A stretch of 64,000 nucleotides of DNA from Okamejei kenojei (taxonomy: Eukaryota), in NCBI GenBank assembly GCA_035221665.1, contig CM069139.1, forward strand, positions 75,020,001 through 75,084,000, read 5' to 3'. The position numbers and the translations under genes were made by a program. This document shows, piece after piece, positions 12,291-25,049 of the stretch. The notes under the pieces are model-generated. The model did not search any database. It saw nothing but the letters and a program-made list of their open reading frames with translations, and had not been told where the DNA came from. Each line of letters starts with the position of its first letter. The first letter of the stretch is position 1.

Positions 12291-12904
12291 TGAGGTACAA
12301 ATGAAATTCTCTAACTGGTTTCAAGAATGTGGGACATTCGGAGAAAGTGGGGTGGTTCTTCAGGAAAGAGAAAGTATCGAGGAGACCATTTAAAGTCATG
12401 AAAGAAGCAGGGATCCGTTCCCATTGGTGAAAGGGATTCAGAACCAAGAGACATAGAATGTTTGTGATTAATAAAGAAAATGTGGTCTGGGGAAACGTTA
12501 TGATACAACGAGTGAGATCTGGAGTGCAGTCCCAATCGGCGCAATGAACGCAGACTCAACAATGGCATTCAAAGGGAAATTGGGAAGTATCCAAAAGGAA
12601 TATGGGGTGGATGGACTCCTGCAATATTCTGTCAAATAATAGCTCAATCTGTAAAAGGACAAACAGCGAATCGCGAATAAAAGATAAAATATATTGCTGA
12701 AATAATAAGAGGTGAGAGTTCAATAGTCCTTTAGTTACATGTTAGATCAAAGAGAAACAGTGTCTAAAAGTTATGGAGTTGGAGAATGCGAGCAAATGTA
12801 CACAGGAGGTGTAAACTGCAGCTGACAGTCATGGTGAAAGGCACAGGACTGGAGGGAGACTCCTGGTGTGAGCTACAACCACTCTTGACACGATGGAGGT
12901 TACT

Positions 12905-13300
12905 GTGGAAGCATAAAAGACTGCAGATGCTGGAATCTTGATTAAAAAACAAAGTGTGTAGGAAGGAACTGCAGATGCTGGTTTAAACCTGAAGATAGGC
13001 ACAAAAAGCTGGAGTAACAGGTAGCATCTCTGGAGATAAGGAATGGGTAACGTTTTGGGTTCAGACCCTTATTCTCGACTCGAAACATCACCCATTCCTT
13101 CTGCAGAGAAGCTGCCTGTGCCGGTGAGTTACTCCAACTTTTTGTGTCTGTCTTCAGTAAAAAAACAAAGTGCTGGAGGAAATCAGTGGATTAAGCAGCA
13201 TAGGAAAGATTGCTGAAGAAAGGCCCCGACCCAAAACATTGTCTGCCAATTTCCTTCTGCAGATGCTGCCTGGCCCTTTGAATTCCTTCAGCACTTTGTT
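12905..13300. mobile_element. Nested Penelope-derived palindromic elements
   Basis: Inner element flanked by duplicated AAAAAACAAAGTG (~12944 and ~13160). Confidence 0.6.
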
Positions 13301-13498
13301 TGTTTTCTCAAAGGGATTATTGCATCTGGATTAATCACCCAAAACAAAATATACATTGTTCATTGTTCTGATGACCCTGAGGGACAGATGCTTTTGTGCT
13401 CGAGTAAGGATGTGTAACTGCGGTGCTGGAATGGGCAGAAAAGTGAATTCAAACAAAGTCAGCAACACCATCTCAGGCCAGTCTTTGCTTCATTGCAG

Positions 13499-13556
13499 GA
13501 CATGCAGATCTCTGCAGCTGAACTGATGAGCATCCTCAACCGCATTGTTAAAAAAC
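13499..13556 (+). CDS. CAPN3: Calpain-3 exon 18 equivalent (58 nt), PEF domain EF1
   Basis: ttgcAG|GACATG...AAAAAC|GTAAGT; DMQISAAELMSILNRIVKK. Confidence 0.93.
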
Positions 13557-14467
13557 GTAAGTGCTACTTATGAAATGTGCACCCCTTCAGCAACAACCTT
13601 CTATAGCTTGAAAGGTTATATTGCGCTTGTATTGTGATATATTCTTTTAAGAGAAAATAATGCACCGACTGGGCTACAGTCAGCAAGATTGAGATCAGCA
13701 AGAACAAGTTGCAACACATCAACAGGGTTTGCTCTGATAATATTGACTTAAATTAGTCATTACACAAGGAAGCTTGACACCACTGCTCGATGATTGTGAC
13801 AATTAAACCTCTCTCTCTTCCTAACAGTTAGGTGACCCACATACAATTCTAATAGCAGAAAATGGCATTGAGATGTTTCTAGATCTAACTTGCTGGTTAA
13901 TGGAATCCCTGATGCAGTTGCCCTTTTTTCTTTAAGTTCTGTAACCATCGTAAATAATATTTAACAATCACTCCAAGTTGGGCGAAAGATTGTTCTAAAT
14001 ACTGTACATGGTAGTTATTGGAACAACATGAAAGAATGCAGCGACAGTGCCCACTATTTGATATCTCTAAAAGTAATTCCTGGCACCTTATATCTTGCTT
14101 AATGGACCATTCAAACTGGGAGGAAGATTTTTTATATGTTTGGTTTTAATTTTCCAGAATCCTGTCAATTTGGAGAAGGTTCTAACTGACTGAAAAGTAG
14201 AAAATGTAATTACTTTATTCAAAAATGGAGGGAAACAGATGGCAGGAAACTACAGGCCAGCTTAGCATCTGTCATAGGAAAATTGTTTGAAGCTAATAAT
14301 GGAGATGTTCAAGTTGGACACTTAGAGGAAAAAAAGGTCATCTTGCAAAAGCATAGTCTGATGAAAGTGATATTGTTTAGTTATTTTATTAGCATTCTTT
14401 GAAGAAGTAATGTGCTGTGGATGAAGGGAGATATACATTTCTTGTTTGGCTTATAGGATGTGATATT

Positions 14468-14805
14468 ACAATCCCTACTATAATTGGCACCTTCTTACTA
14501 TCTTGAGTGGGGGTAGGAGGTAAAAACTTCATTGGGATCATCAGGTGGGCACCCTCCTCCCTTGGTGTTTCGTTGATAGACCCACGACACCTCCAGAGGG
14601 CTCAATAGCAACACCTGGCGTCCCAGGTGCGCTCCCCTCCGTTTTCCCCTCTTGCGGGCCATTTTGTATCCCAGTTGGAGTCCTTCCTCTTCAGCCACAG
14701 CCAGTTGCTGCTTCGCTCGGCAGCCTCTGACAGAGCGACCTGACGGCTTGCCGGAAGGCAGGTCTTCGAACTCCCATTCCCTTCAGGAGTCTGGTTGTTG
14801 AAACT
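14468..14805 (-). mobile_element. HERO/R2-group (restriction-like endonuclease) non-LTR retrotransposon 3' end
   Basis: Minus translation VSTTRLLKGMGVRRPAFRQAVRSL/(frameshift)SEAAERSSNWLWLKRKDSNW matches the typical HERO C-terminus. Confidence 0.7.
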
Positions 14806-14820
14806 GGCCCTTCAGCCTAA

Positions 14821-14949
14821 AGGGCCTGTCCCTCTTGGGCGACCTAATCCGTGAGTTCTGGCGAGTTTGCCCTCTACTCGTACTCGCAGCATGGTCGACA
14901 CAAGGTCGCAGGAGGTCTTCGTAACTCTCCTTCATGCTCAAGAGTGGTC
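14821..14949 (+). mobile_element. Truncated Harbinger-type MITE end
   Basis: TAA|AGGGCCTGTCCC terminus, like the elements at 21321 and 49050. Confidence 0.55.
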
Positions 14950-15196
14950 ATAAATCCCAAGGGCACTTGACAGGCGGAAATGGAGAGGATATTTGTTTTG
15001 GGAAAAATCTGGACTTAGGATCACTGTTTAAAAATAAGGGTGATCCACTTCAGGCAGAGAATGAGGCATTATTTTTTTACTCAGAGGTTTGTGCGTCTTT
15101 GCAACTCTCTTCCCCAGTTGAAACAGACTCTTAGAATATTTTTTTTTTAATCTAAGGTAGATGGGTTCTTGATAAGGGAGCTTCAAGTTACTGTGA

Positions 15197-15790
15197 AGAT
15201 AGACACAAATTCCAGAGTAACTCAACGAGTCAGGCAGCATGTCTGGAGATAACGAATATGTGACTTTTCGGGTCGAGATTCTTCTTCAGAATGAGAATCA
15301 GGGGAGAGGGAAACTTGAGGTATGAAAAGGTACGAAAAGAACAAATTAACACTAGAAATGATCATCAAGGAATTGCTCCACCCTGACCCATTGAGTTACT
15401 CCAGCTTCAGCAGTCAAAGTGACCCTTGCATTCTCTCACTCTCCCACACTCCCCCACCTTTGTCGCCCTACTAGTGTCACTGCTGTCCTGCTTATTTTAT
15501 TTCTGTTTGTCTCTACTCATTATCACCTTTTCCACAGCTAACAATGGACCATTGTGGGCTCCACCTTTCCTTGATCATAATTGCTGGCTTTAATTTGTTC
15601 TTTTCCTACCTTTTATTTTTCCTAGTTCCTTTTTACCTTTACCTCCCTGACACGCAGTCTGAAGAAGGGTCACGACCTGGAATGTCACCTATTCCTTTTC
15701 TCCAGAGATGTTGCCTGACCCGCTGAGTTACTCCAGCATTTTTGTGTCTATCTTCTGTGTAAACCAGCTTCAGCAGTTCCTTCCTACGCA
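15197..15790. mobile_element. Penelope-derived element with inverted termini and degenerate hammerhead cores
   Basis: AAGATAGACACAAA...CTTCTTCAGA, then inverted AGTCTGAAGAAGGGTC...TGTGTCTATCTTC. Confidence 0.7.
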
Positions 15791-16160
15791 TTCAATACAT
15801 AACTGTGGGTTGACGGGAAGGTGGAGATGAGGTTGCAATCAGATCAGCCATGATCTTAATGTTGGTGGGCAGGCTTATTTGTTCCAACTGATTGGTTGGA
15901 CACCAGAGTCTGTAAGAGATTGGCAATATGAGCATACATGTTTTACCTTATTAACACCTTATACAGAATGTAATGTATTAATTGCAACCCATCTCTCAGC
16001 CTCCACAAGTCTAAATGGGATTCCACATATTGCTGGTGGAGCAAGTTTGCTATATTGTTTTCTTTTGGTCACTTTTGCACATTGCTCAAAGATGTTTAAT
16101 CCTTCACTTTATTTATCAATTTATCGACTCAGTATATTAATATTTTGTTTCTCCTTGCAG

Positions 16161-16222
16161 ACAATATTAAAGCTGAAGGGTTTGCTCGGGAGTCTTGTCG
16201 CAGTATGGTTGCCCTCATGGAT
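16161..16222 (+). CDS. CAPN3: Calpain-3 exon 19 equivalent (62 nt)
   Basis: ttgcAG|ACAATA...ATGGAT|GTATCCTT; (H)NIKAEGFARESCRSMVALMD; followed by U12-type donor. Confidence 0.93.
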
Positions 16223-17290
16223 GTATCCTTCTCTCTCCTCCACTTAACTCATTATTTCTTCCTCATATGTAATGGATTGGAGCAGATCCCCGACTTTAAT
16301 CCATGTGTAAATGCCTTCAGGTTGGCTTGGGGAGCAGTGTATTGCTGACAAACCTGAATCTAAACAATCCAACAGTATGCTTTGTGGATTCTTGGCCCCT
16401 CATGAGATAGCTGACCAAAAGATTCACTATCACATTTTTGATTTGATTTTAATTTTCCCATTTCCCCTTCCATTCCAACAGTGATAAGTTTTCCCTTCAG
16501 TTTAACACCACCTGTGGTGATTAGCCTCTGGTTCTTTGCTAGATGGCTTTTATTATTTTGTGAACCTGGACAATCGTTGAGGCTTATTTTCAGTGAACGT
16601 ATTATGACTCTGAGGTCCTCGCCCAGAGACAAACACTACTGGACTTGCGAACAATGTCCGCATTTAAAAATGAATAGAAAATCCCTGCAGTTCTCTATTC
16701 CTCCTTTCAGTGCTCATTCAAATTATTTCTCAGGACCACTGGAAAACTATTCAGAGAGAAGTGCTTGGTTATATTTCAACTTCAGGATGCAGAGAATGGT
16801 TCCAACCCTCCCACTATCAAACAGAACAGGGAAAACAAATCCCGCTGAGTGAATAGTCAAACCAGGCCTTCGGTTTTAATTCTTTCCTTGATTTGGAACT
16901 AATTCCTTTTGTTACCTAACACTTACCTTGAAATTCACTGATGAATTGTTGTAACTATATGCAACAATGTGCCAGGAAATGTTAAAATCACCTTTGTCGG
17001 TTTGTAGAAGTACCTTACAGTGTTTAAGAACACTGGTCATGGAGTGATACATTGTGGAAACAGGCTCTTCGGCCCAACTTGCCTGCACTCAACTGCAACA
17101 TGGCCTGGAGGGAAAAAAATCATTCCTACCTGAGCTAGGGAATTTAAGAGAAGCCGTTCTCAGTAAAGCTAAACAAGAAATGACCTGGTTGTCATAAAAT
17201 GTCTCCTTCGCTCCTTAGATGCTGCTGCACCCGCTGAGTTTCTCCAGCTTTTTGTGTACCCTGTCATAAAATGTCATCTGGTTCATGATG

Positions 17291-17492
17291 TGTAAAGAGC
17301 TTAATCTCACACAGGTTAAAGCACAAGCATCTTTATTGTTCAAGTCATTATCATCTAAGCAGTACATCACACGTTCTCACTACTGCAGCTACTGGCAGAC
17401 AGTGGGCGAGCTCTTACACTATGAATGTTATAATTAGGGGGGTTATAATTACTAAACATTCTAATTGGCTAACATGCAATAGCCAATCTACA
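17291..17492 (-). mobile_element. Probable solo LTR (~200 bp)
   Basis: TGTA...TACA termini, near-identical 5-bp flanks TGATG/TAATG, minus-strand AATAAA and TATA-like boxes. Confidence 0.45.
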
Positions 17493-17682
17493 TAATGCTT
17501 TTCAGAAAATGTATCATTCTTTCCTGGTCTGATCTCCATGTAAATCCAGACCCACTCACTTTTAACTGCCTTTTTAAGTAGATTAACAAGGCACCCTATT
17601 CAAGAGCAATTAGTGGCACACAATAAATACTGCACTTGTCAGTGATGTCTGTTGCTCATAATGAATAAAACATCCTCTTAAA

Positions 17683-18387
17683 ACAATAGACAATAGACAA
17701 TAGGTGCAGGAGTAGGCCATTCGGCCCTTCAAGCCAGCACCGCCATTCAACGTGATCATGGCTGATCATCCCCAATGCTGCCTTCTCCCCATACCCCCTG
17801 ACTCTGCCATTTTCAAGAGCCCTATCTAGCTCTCTCTTGAAAGTATCCAGAGAACCTGCCTCCACCGCCCTCTGAGGCAGAGAATTCCACAGACTCACCA
17901 CTCTATGTGAGAAAAAGTGTTTCCTTGTCTCCGTTCTAAATGGCTTACTCCTTCTTCTTAAACTGTGGCCCCTGGTTCTGGACTCCCCCAACATCGGGAA
18001 CATGTTTCCTGCCTCTAGCATGTCCAAACCCTTAACAATCTTATATGTTTCAATGAGATCTCATATCATCCTTCTCAACTCCAGTGTGTACAAGCCCAGC
18101 TGCTCCATTCTCTCAACATATGACAGTCCCGCCATCCCGGGAATTAACCTTGTAAATCTACGCTGCACTCCCTCAATAACAAGAATTTACTTCCTCAAAT
18201 TAGGGGACCAAAATGGCACACAATACTCTAGGTGTGATCTCACTAGAGCTCTGTACAACTGCAGAAGGACCTCTTTGCTCCTATATTCGATTATTCTTTT
18301 ATAAAGGCCAACATGCCATTCGCTTTCTTCACTGCCTGCTGTACCTGCATGCTTACTTTCATAGACTGATGAACAAGAACCCCCAGA
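17683..18387 (-). mobile_element. CR1-type LINE, 5'-truncated
   Basis: Very similar to the 10882 copy; LYRALVRSHLEYCVPFWSP motif. Confidence 0.9.
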
Positions 18388-19691
18388 GATGAACAAGGAC
18401 CCCCAGGTCAAGTTAAGTCGAGTTCATTGTGATCTGCACAGTGAGGTATGGGTATAATACAAACCTTGCTTGCAGCAGCATCACAAGCACATAAGGTGAG
18501 ACAGCACACAGAAAGTACATAAATTATTCATAAATTACACATACATTTTGAAAGACACTAAAAACCAAAAAGAATGCAAAAACAAACAAGACATACTGTA
18601 AGTGCAAACACAATTAGAAAACAAAGTCCATAGTAGTGCAAGAGGTGGTTCGTAATGTTCCCATTCTGAGGTAACATTAGGGTTGTGCAGGTTGGTTCAA
18701 GAACATTAAAGTTGGAGGAAAGTTGCTGTTCCTGAACCTGATATTATGTGAATTCAGGATTCTGTAGTTTCTGCGTGATGGTAGTAACAAGAAAAGCTTT
18801 GGTCTGGATGGTTTGAAATTCTTGAGTTGTTACAGTTGCATTTATCCAGGCAAATGGGGAGTATTCCAACTTACCTAAGACTTGTGCTTTTTATATGGTT
18901 GAGACAATTTGGGATGTCTGGAAGCAGGTGATCATTAGTGATCTTTCATGAGATCTCCTTAATTCATGTTTCTGTTGAAATTCAACATGTGTATTCTTTA
19001 AGTCTCACTGTGTAATTTGAATGAGTTATCTGCTAAGACCAGAACATGAGGAACCCCATGAAATTCCCAGGAGATAATATTCATCCTTCAACCTTATTCT
19101 GTTGAACCTGCATCCTCTGATATTTGAAACTTCTACAATTAGAAACAAACTGGAGAAGCCACCCTTAGCAATCCTGAACTCGTAATATCAGATCCCCTTT
19201 CAACAAAGAAAATCTGTTCTTTTTTATTTTCCGAAAACATAATAAATTCATGAGCATAAATGATAATTACTATTGCTCCACAGGGAGAAAAATTATCATT
19301 CCTAAAGTGCCCACTGAACTCCGGATTTAAGTGTAACCAATGCATGATATACAACAATATTAATCTCTGTTTGCCACATGCATGGGGGTAGATTTTGACA
19401 GCGGGCTGGTGTTAAAAGAGCTGCCACTGGTTTTGCAATAGTTATATTAAGAGCAACTCAAACATGCCCATTTGTTTCTAAATTACACATTCAGCTTGGA
19501 GGTTTACAAAGGCGAACCATTAATAATTCCCGATTGCTATTGTTATTTTTCCGATTGGGAATTTATATTGACATTGGATTTCATATTAGCCCTGGTTTCT
19601 CAGAGCGACAGATTAACAACCTCATGATCAGGCCATTAGACCTTTGCTTCTATTTGTTTCTATAATCTCTTCCCTAACTTTGCACCTGCAG

Positions 19692-19760
19692 ACAGATGGA
19701 TCTGGGAAGCTTAACCTGGAGGAGTTTAAGCGTCTATGGAACAAGATTAAGCGATGGCAG
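19692..19760 (+). CDS. CAPN3: Calpain-3 exon 20 equivalent (69 nt)
   Basis: gcAG|ACAGAT...TGGCAG|GTACGT; TDGSGKLNLEEFKRLWNKIKRWQ (EF-hand). Confidence 0.95.
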
Positions 19761-20976
19761 GTACGTGGCACTGGAGAGTTTGGAGAAATTATTTCCACAA
19801 ATAATGTTACTGTTGACTGTATTTTGACATTCTCACATCAGCAGAACAGAAGAGAGGTTAATTTAGACTCTGGCAAGTTCTCAGTGATAGGATTACCCGC
19901 CATCTTCAATGCTGTTCATTTTCCCGATGTACCTGCTAACATTGTCAAGTCACCACCAGAGCTGGTGAGGGATTTATGCATATCCCCACTACATAACACC
20001 ACTCCTCTGTACTGTACTCCCCAGCCAGTCACTGAGGATGGATAACTATGAATGTTAGGATTTGATCAATACTGGCAGCAGAAATGTACTTGGTCAACTT
20101 TAGTAGCTTTGACGTTTTGAGTCTGATGTGACACAGGAGCACATGGCTAGGGTTGTCTGTGGGATTCCCCAATTGGCGGATGGTTATCTCTCTTTTGCAC
20201 TGGGACATTAATGACTATACACCCTAATATTAGCAATGCCCCCACAAGATACCCATTGATCACCTCGATCCGGTCAGTCACAGTGCCATGGAGCAGTACG
20301 GCCAGAACCGATCCAATCCTGTAATCACAGGTACTATACAGCAGGGTTCGCCCTGGGAAGAGAGCAGGTCAGCAAACCTGGTGATTTGCCACATCAACAC
20401 TCAGGAATGGCTGGTTGAACGATTGCTACAATACCACTCCCTCCCTGGAAGCAAAAGTAAAATCAGAAATTAAAATGGCAACCTTCATCTCCACGCTGGG
20501 CGATGTGACATATTGCAGTGCAGTTACCCACTGGGCAAATTGCCAGGCGTGGACCTGAGTCTCCCAGATAAATTGTACCTTTTTAAAGTTCATCAATTGC
20601 AAAAGAATTGAAGGCTAAAGGTTCATCTTGTTCAGTTTTATTAGAGAATATCACAGAGATTAAGCCCATGTCCTTTACAGTACATACTGTAAGACATGTT
20701 GCAACATTGAATTAATTATTATTGCTTTTGAAAATGTAAATGGTGAGGTCAGCAGTTCGAACCAGAACTTTTACTCTAGTGACCAGAAGAAGTGGCCAAA
20801 TTGTGGGTTGTCCAGTCCCTCAGACACAGACCTGGAACTGCACCCTGATCCTGGTCACTCAGAGATGGAACTGTGTCTGCAGATTGGCCTCGGCCATTGG
20901 CATGTGGTCCTGTAATTCCAGGAATTACAGATCCCAGACAAACATTTTATCATTGTGATTTCTTGTTTACTTGCAG

Positions 20977-21055
20977 AAAATTTTTCAGGAATATGACAAG
21001 GACAATTCTGGAATGATTGATAGCTATGAAATGCGTAGTGCTGTGAATGATGCAG
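20977..21055 (+). CDS. CAPN3: Calpain-3 exon 21 equivalent (79 nt)
   Basis: ttgcAG|AAAATT...ATGCAG|GTGAGT; [26 protein letters not shown] (EF-hand). Confidence 0.95.
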
Positions 21056-21320
21056 GTGAGTGGCAGTGATTTAGGGTGTCTACAGGTGGCATTGGCTGCA
21101 CTGTCCTTATGAGGAACTCAGCAGCTGCACTTACACTATGGGCCGAAGGTTCAGATCCACAGGGATGGGATCACAATGAGGTTTTCAGGCCGAGTCTCTC
21201 TCAGGAGTGGCTCTGTAAGTGATGTGTGCTTCTGGGAGCCAGCATGTCCCATTGTATCTGCTCCAATCTCACTTCCCAAGGCAAAGCACATACTATAAAA
21301 CTCAGATAATCTAACACTTA

Positions 21321-21810
21321 TGGGCCTGTCCCACTTAGGTGATTTTTTAGTTGGCAGTCGCCTGAAAAACCGGCAACAAGAACGGCGAATGTCAGTGGAA
21401 GACACACAAACACATTGCTTCCTTCACCAGCCCATTATGCAGGCAGAGGACAGGGCAAGCGGGGGGAGCGCTGTCTAAAATATTTACACGGTGCAAAGCC
21501 AAGGTGAAACAGACACACCATGATGAACAGGAAGGTTGAAGCTGTAAAAAGACGGCTAAAGCACAGCGTACAATAAGTCCTTTAAAAGGGGGGGGGGGCT
21601 ACTCTCCATGGCGTCTTCATTCTAGTCGCCGTGAATTTTTCAAAATGTTGCAAAATTAGCGGCAACTAGAATAGACCGTAATGAGTCCGCTATCAGTTCC
21701 CAGAATGCTGGAACTCCTCATGACCATGAAGGCGACTCCCCGGCAACCACCCGGGAACGAGCATAGTCTCCTGCAGTCGCCTAAAAAGTCGCCTAAGTGG
21801 GACAGGCCCA
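21321..21810. mobile_element. PIF/Harbinger-type MITE
   Basis: TIRs TGGGCCTGTCCCACTTAGG...CCTAAGTGGGACAGGCCCA; TTA target-site duplication at 21318-20 and 21811-13. Confidence 0.85.
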
Positions 21811-22955
21811 TTAAGTTTAGGTTTATTATTGTCGCGTGTGCCGAGGTTTAGTGAAATGCATTGTTTTGCATGCCACCCAATCAGATCAGATAATACTATA
21901 TGTAAAAACAATCACATCCAACTCAGGAACAATAGGTAGAGCAAAGGGGAAAATACAGGATGCAGAATATAGTTCGCATCATTGTAGCGCACCATTCCTA
22001 GGTCCAATGTCCGCAATGGGGTAGAGGTGAATTTGACAGAACCCTGACTTGAGGAAGAACCTTTCAGAAGCCCAATAATAGGGGAAGAACCGTTTCCTAC
22101 GTCTTGTGGTGCATGCTTTCAGGTTTCTGCACCTTTAGCCTGATGGGCATAGGGGGGAGAATGAATGACTTGGGTGGGCAAGCCTTTGATTCTGTTGGCT
22201 GCTTTTCCAAGGCAGTATGGTGTCAAATGAGTCTTTGTTTTACTCCAACTCACATTTTTAGATTCTGTCCTCCTCCCTACTGTAATCAGTCTGAACAAGA
22301 GTCCAAAGCCAAAATGTCATCTGTCCATTCCCTCCACTGATGAGTTCCTCCAGCATTTGTGTTTCGTTCAAGATTCCAACATCTGCAGTTTTATGTCTCA
22401 TCCTTCTCAGTTTAAACATTCCCATTATGTACTCCTGTCAAGCAAAGCTGCTGAGCTGGGAATGAGGAGGAAAACTGTTGGATGAGTTGTTCCTGTCCTT
22501 AACAGTTCCTGAGCAAATATCAGGGAGGTGATTGGGAGTGTTGTGGTGGTGTGCACGATGCAGGTCACGAGGAGTGGTGGAGCCCTGCTGATGGGGTGGT
22601 GGCGGTGCTTTATATTCATTAGGGATGTCAGGATGTTAATAAGTATTTCACCTCCTGGAAACCTTCCAGGCCAGTGATGTGGTAGTAAAATCTAACTGCT
22701 CTGGGAATGGCCACCAAAAGCATTCCCAAGAAAACAGGGTCCCAGTTTCTCATGCAAAAGCAGCTTTTCACAGGGAACAACTCAACTTACTACACAGTGA
22801 AGAAAATCATATGGAGATCACAATGGTGACCTGGCAGGAGGTGAGAAGATAGTGTTACAGAGGGAACTGGTTTGTAAGCGCTTGGTTTAGTGAAATGATG
22901 GGGATGGGTGATGAGAGTCAGAGTGGTGCAGCAGACCTTCTTTCTTGTTCTGCAG

Positions 22956-23072
22956 GCTTCCGTCTGAACAGCCAGTTGTACGACCTCATCTCCATCCGCT
23001 ACGCTGATGTGAACATGAACCTGGACTTCGACAGCTTCATCTGCTGCTTCGTGAGGCTGGAGGGGATGTTCA
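22956..23072 (+). CDS. CAPN3: Calpain-3 exon 22 equivalent (117 nt)
   Basis: tgcAG|GCTTCC...TGTTCA|GTAAGT; [39 protein letters not shown] ([14 protein letters not shown] is CAPN3-like). Confidence 0.96.
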
Positions 23073-23829
23073 GTAAGTGCAATGGTGTGCATCCCCCACA
23101 TCAGCAATGGCTCTGCAGCTTCCCTGGTGTGCCGGGTGGAACTTGAACCTTTAACTTTGGTGGCCTGAAGTGGTTTCTATTGGGATCCTTGGAACCAAAT
23201 TAAGTCAGGATTGAAGCTTCCCTTCATGAAGCTGGTCTCACTGCTCAGGAATAATCCCAGGTGTCACACTGATTTAATGCAGGTGTCCAGTTATTAAACA
23301 TCCCTTTCCCAAACACAAATCTCTGTGTTTCTGACGTATATTCATTCAACAATTGCCGATAACTTCCACCCCATTTTTTCCGTTAACTTGTCACATAAGA
23401 ACAATATGTAGAAGCAGCAATATGCCATTCATACCCTCATGTCTGCTCCATCATGGCTGATATCTTGCCTTGGTACCACTATCCTGTATTATTCTCATAT
23501 CCCTTGGTTGCCATAATGTCTACAATTCCATCGATCTCTGTCTTGAATGTGCTGAGCAAATATTTGGTTTTCTCGCTAAGCATCAGAGATACCTCCTATG
23601 TCTTGTTAAATCGTAAGACCAAGAGTCACCATCTGCTCTTTCAAGCCTTTCAACTCTTCAACCAACATGTCCCCACCCCAGCAGTCCCCACCACCTTATC
23701 ATTATCTGTTTCTACTCTCAGATTGCATTGCTGATTGGAACCATGACTGGACCTTCCTCCCATAAGAATGTACCCTCTCCCCATGCATTCCGGCAAATCC
23801 CTTCTTGGTTGGGGCACTTCAGAGAAGAT

Positions 23830-24770
23830 GGCTATGGTTGTTGGCGGTCAATCATCTGAGCCAAAGGACATAGTTGCCTGAGCCTCAGGGCAGTGTCCTA
23901 GGCCCAACCACTTCCATCTGCTACATCAGTGACCTTCCATCCATCATAGGATCAGAGATGGGGATGTTCACTGATGATTGCACAATGTTCATATTCACAA
24001 CATCTCCTCAGCAAGACCTAGACAACATTCAGGCACGGGCAGATAGGATTCATGCTACTATCTCCAACATAAGAGAGTCAACCTACTGTCATTCAAAGGA
24101 GTTATCTTCTCCCACTGTCAGCATCCTGAGGGGTGGAGGCAGTCACCATCGATCAGAAACTCAAATGAACCAGCCAAATAGAAACCATGGCTGCAAGAGG
24201 ATGCCAGAATCCGAGTATCCTATGGCAAGTGATCCATCTCCTGATATCCCATGGCCACTCAGCACCTACAAGGCACAAGTCAAGGATGTTTTGAAATGCT
24301 CTGCACTTACCTGATGAGTATATTTCCTATAGTCCTTAGTTAGTTTGAAACCATCCAGGACAAAGTGGTCTGCATGACAAAGTGCAGTGTACTTCACTGA
24401 TTAAATGCCAACATTAAATGCCCATACCCTGCACCACTAGTGCACATTGGCTGCACCATCTGCAAAACACACTGGAGTTACTCACTCAGGCTACACTGAA
24501 AGCCACCCCTGCAAACCCAACACCAAGACAATGGCAGCAAGGGCCAGAGAGCATCACCACATACAGGTCCATCCCCAAGGTGAGCACCAGCTTGATTTGG
24601 AAATGGATTGTTGATCCTTCGTTGCTGCTGTGTCCAGATCCTGGAATCCCCCCCCCAACAGCACTGTGCGAGCACCTTCACCAGAAAGGCTGCAAAGATT
24701 GAAAGACTGCACCAAAACCAACTAGGGCTGGGCAATAAATGATAGCCTTGCAGTGACACCAATATGTTGA
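23830..24770 (+). mobile_element. Decayed CR1/L2-group LINE reverse-transcriptase fragment
   Basis: PQGSVLGPT...SDLPS...MFTDD reverse-transcriptase motifs. Confidence 0.7.
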
Positions 24771-24876
24771 ACAATGAAGGTTTAAAAAAAAAGTTATTTG
24801 CAATCAGGAGCCTTTGCTTCAGATTTGAAGTTGAACACTTAATCTCGGGACCACTCTTCATCGTATTCTTACCAGT

Positions 24877-25049
24877 GAGTATTCAAGAGAGAGTTAGATA
24901 TAGCTCTTAGGGCTAATGGAATCAAAGGATATGGGGAGAAAGCAGGAACGGGGTACTGATTTTGGATGATCAGCCATGATCATATTGAATGGCGGTGCTG
25001 GCTCAAAGAGCCAAATGGCCTACTACAGCATCTATTTTCTATGTTTATA
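24877..25049 (+). mobile_element. CR1 3' end
   Basis: GGGGAGAAAGCAGGAACGGGGTACTG...GCCATGATCATATTGAATGGCGGTGCTGG...TTTTCTATGTTT. Confidence 0.8.

Larger units (their letters stand above)
16223..19691 (+). other. U12-type (minor spliceosome) GT-AG intron of CAPN3
   Basis: 5' site GTATCCTTCT matches U12 consensus RTATCCTT; U12-like branch site TTCCCTAAC at 19670-19678, 13 nt before the exon. Confidence 0.85.
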
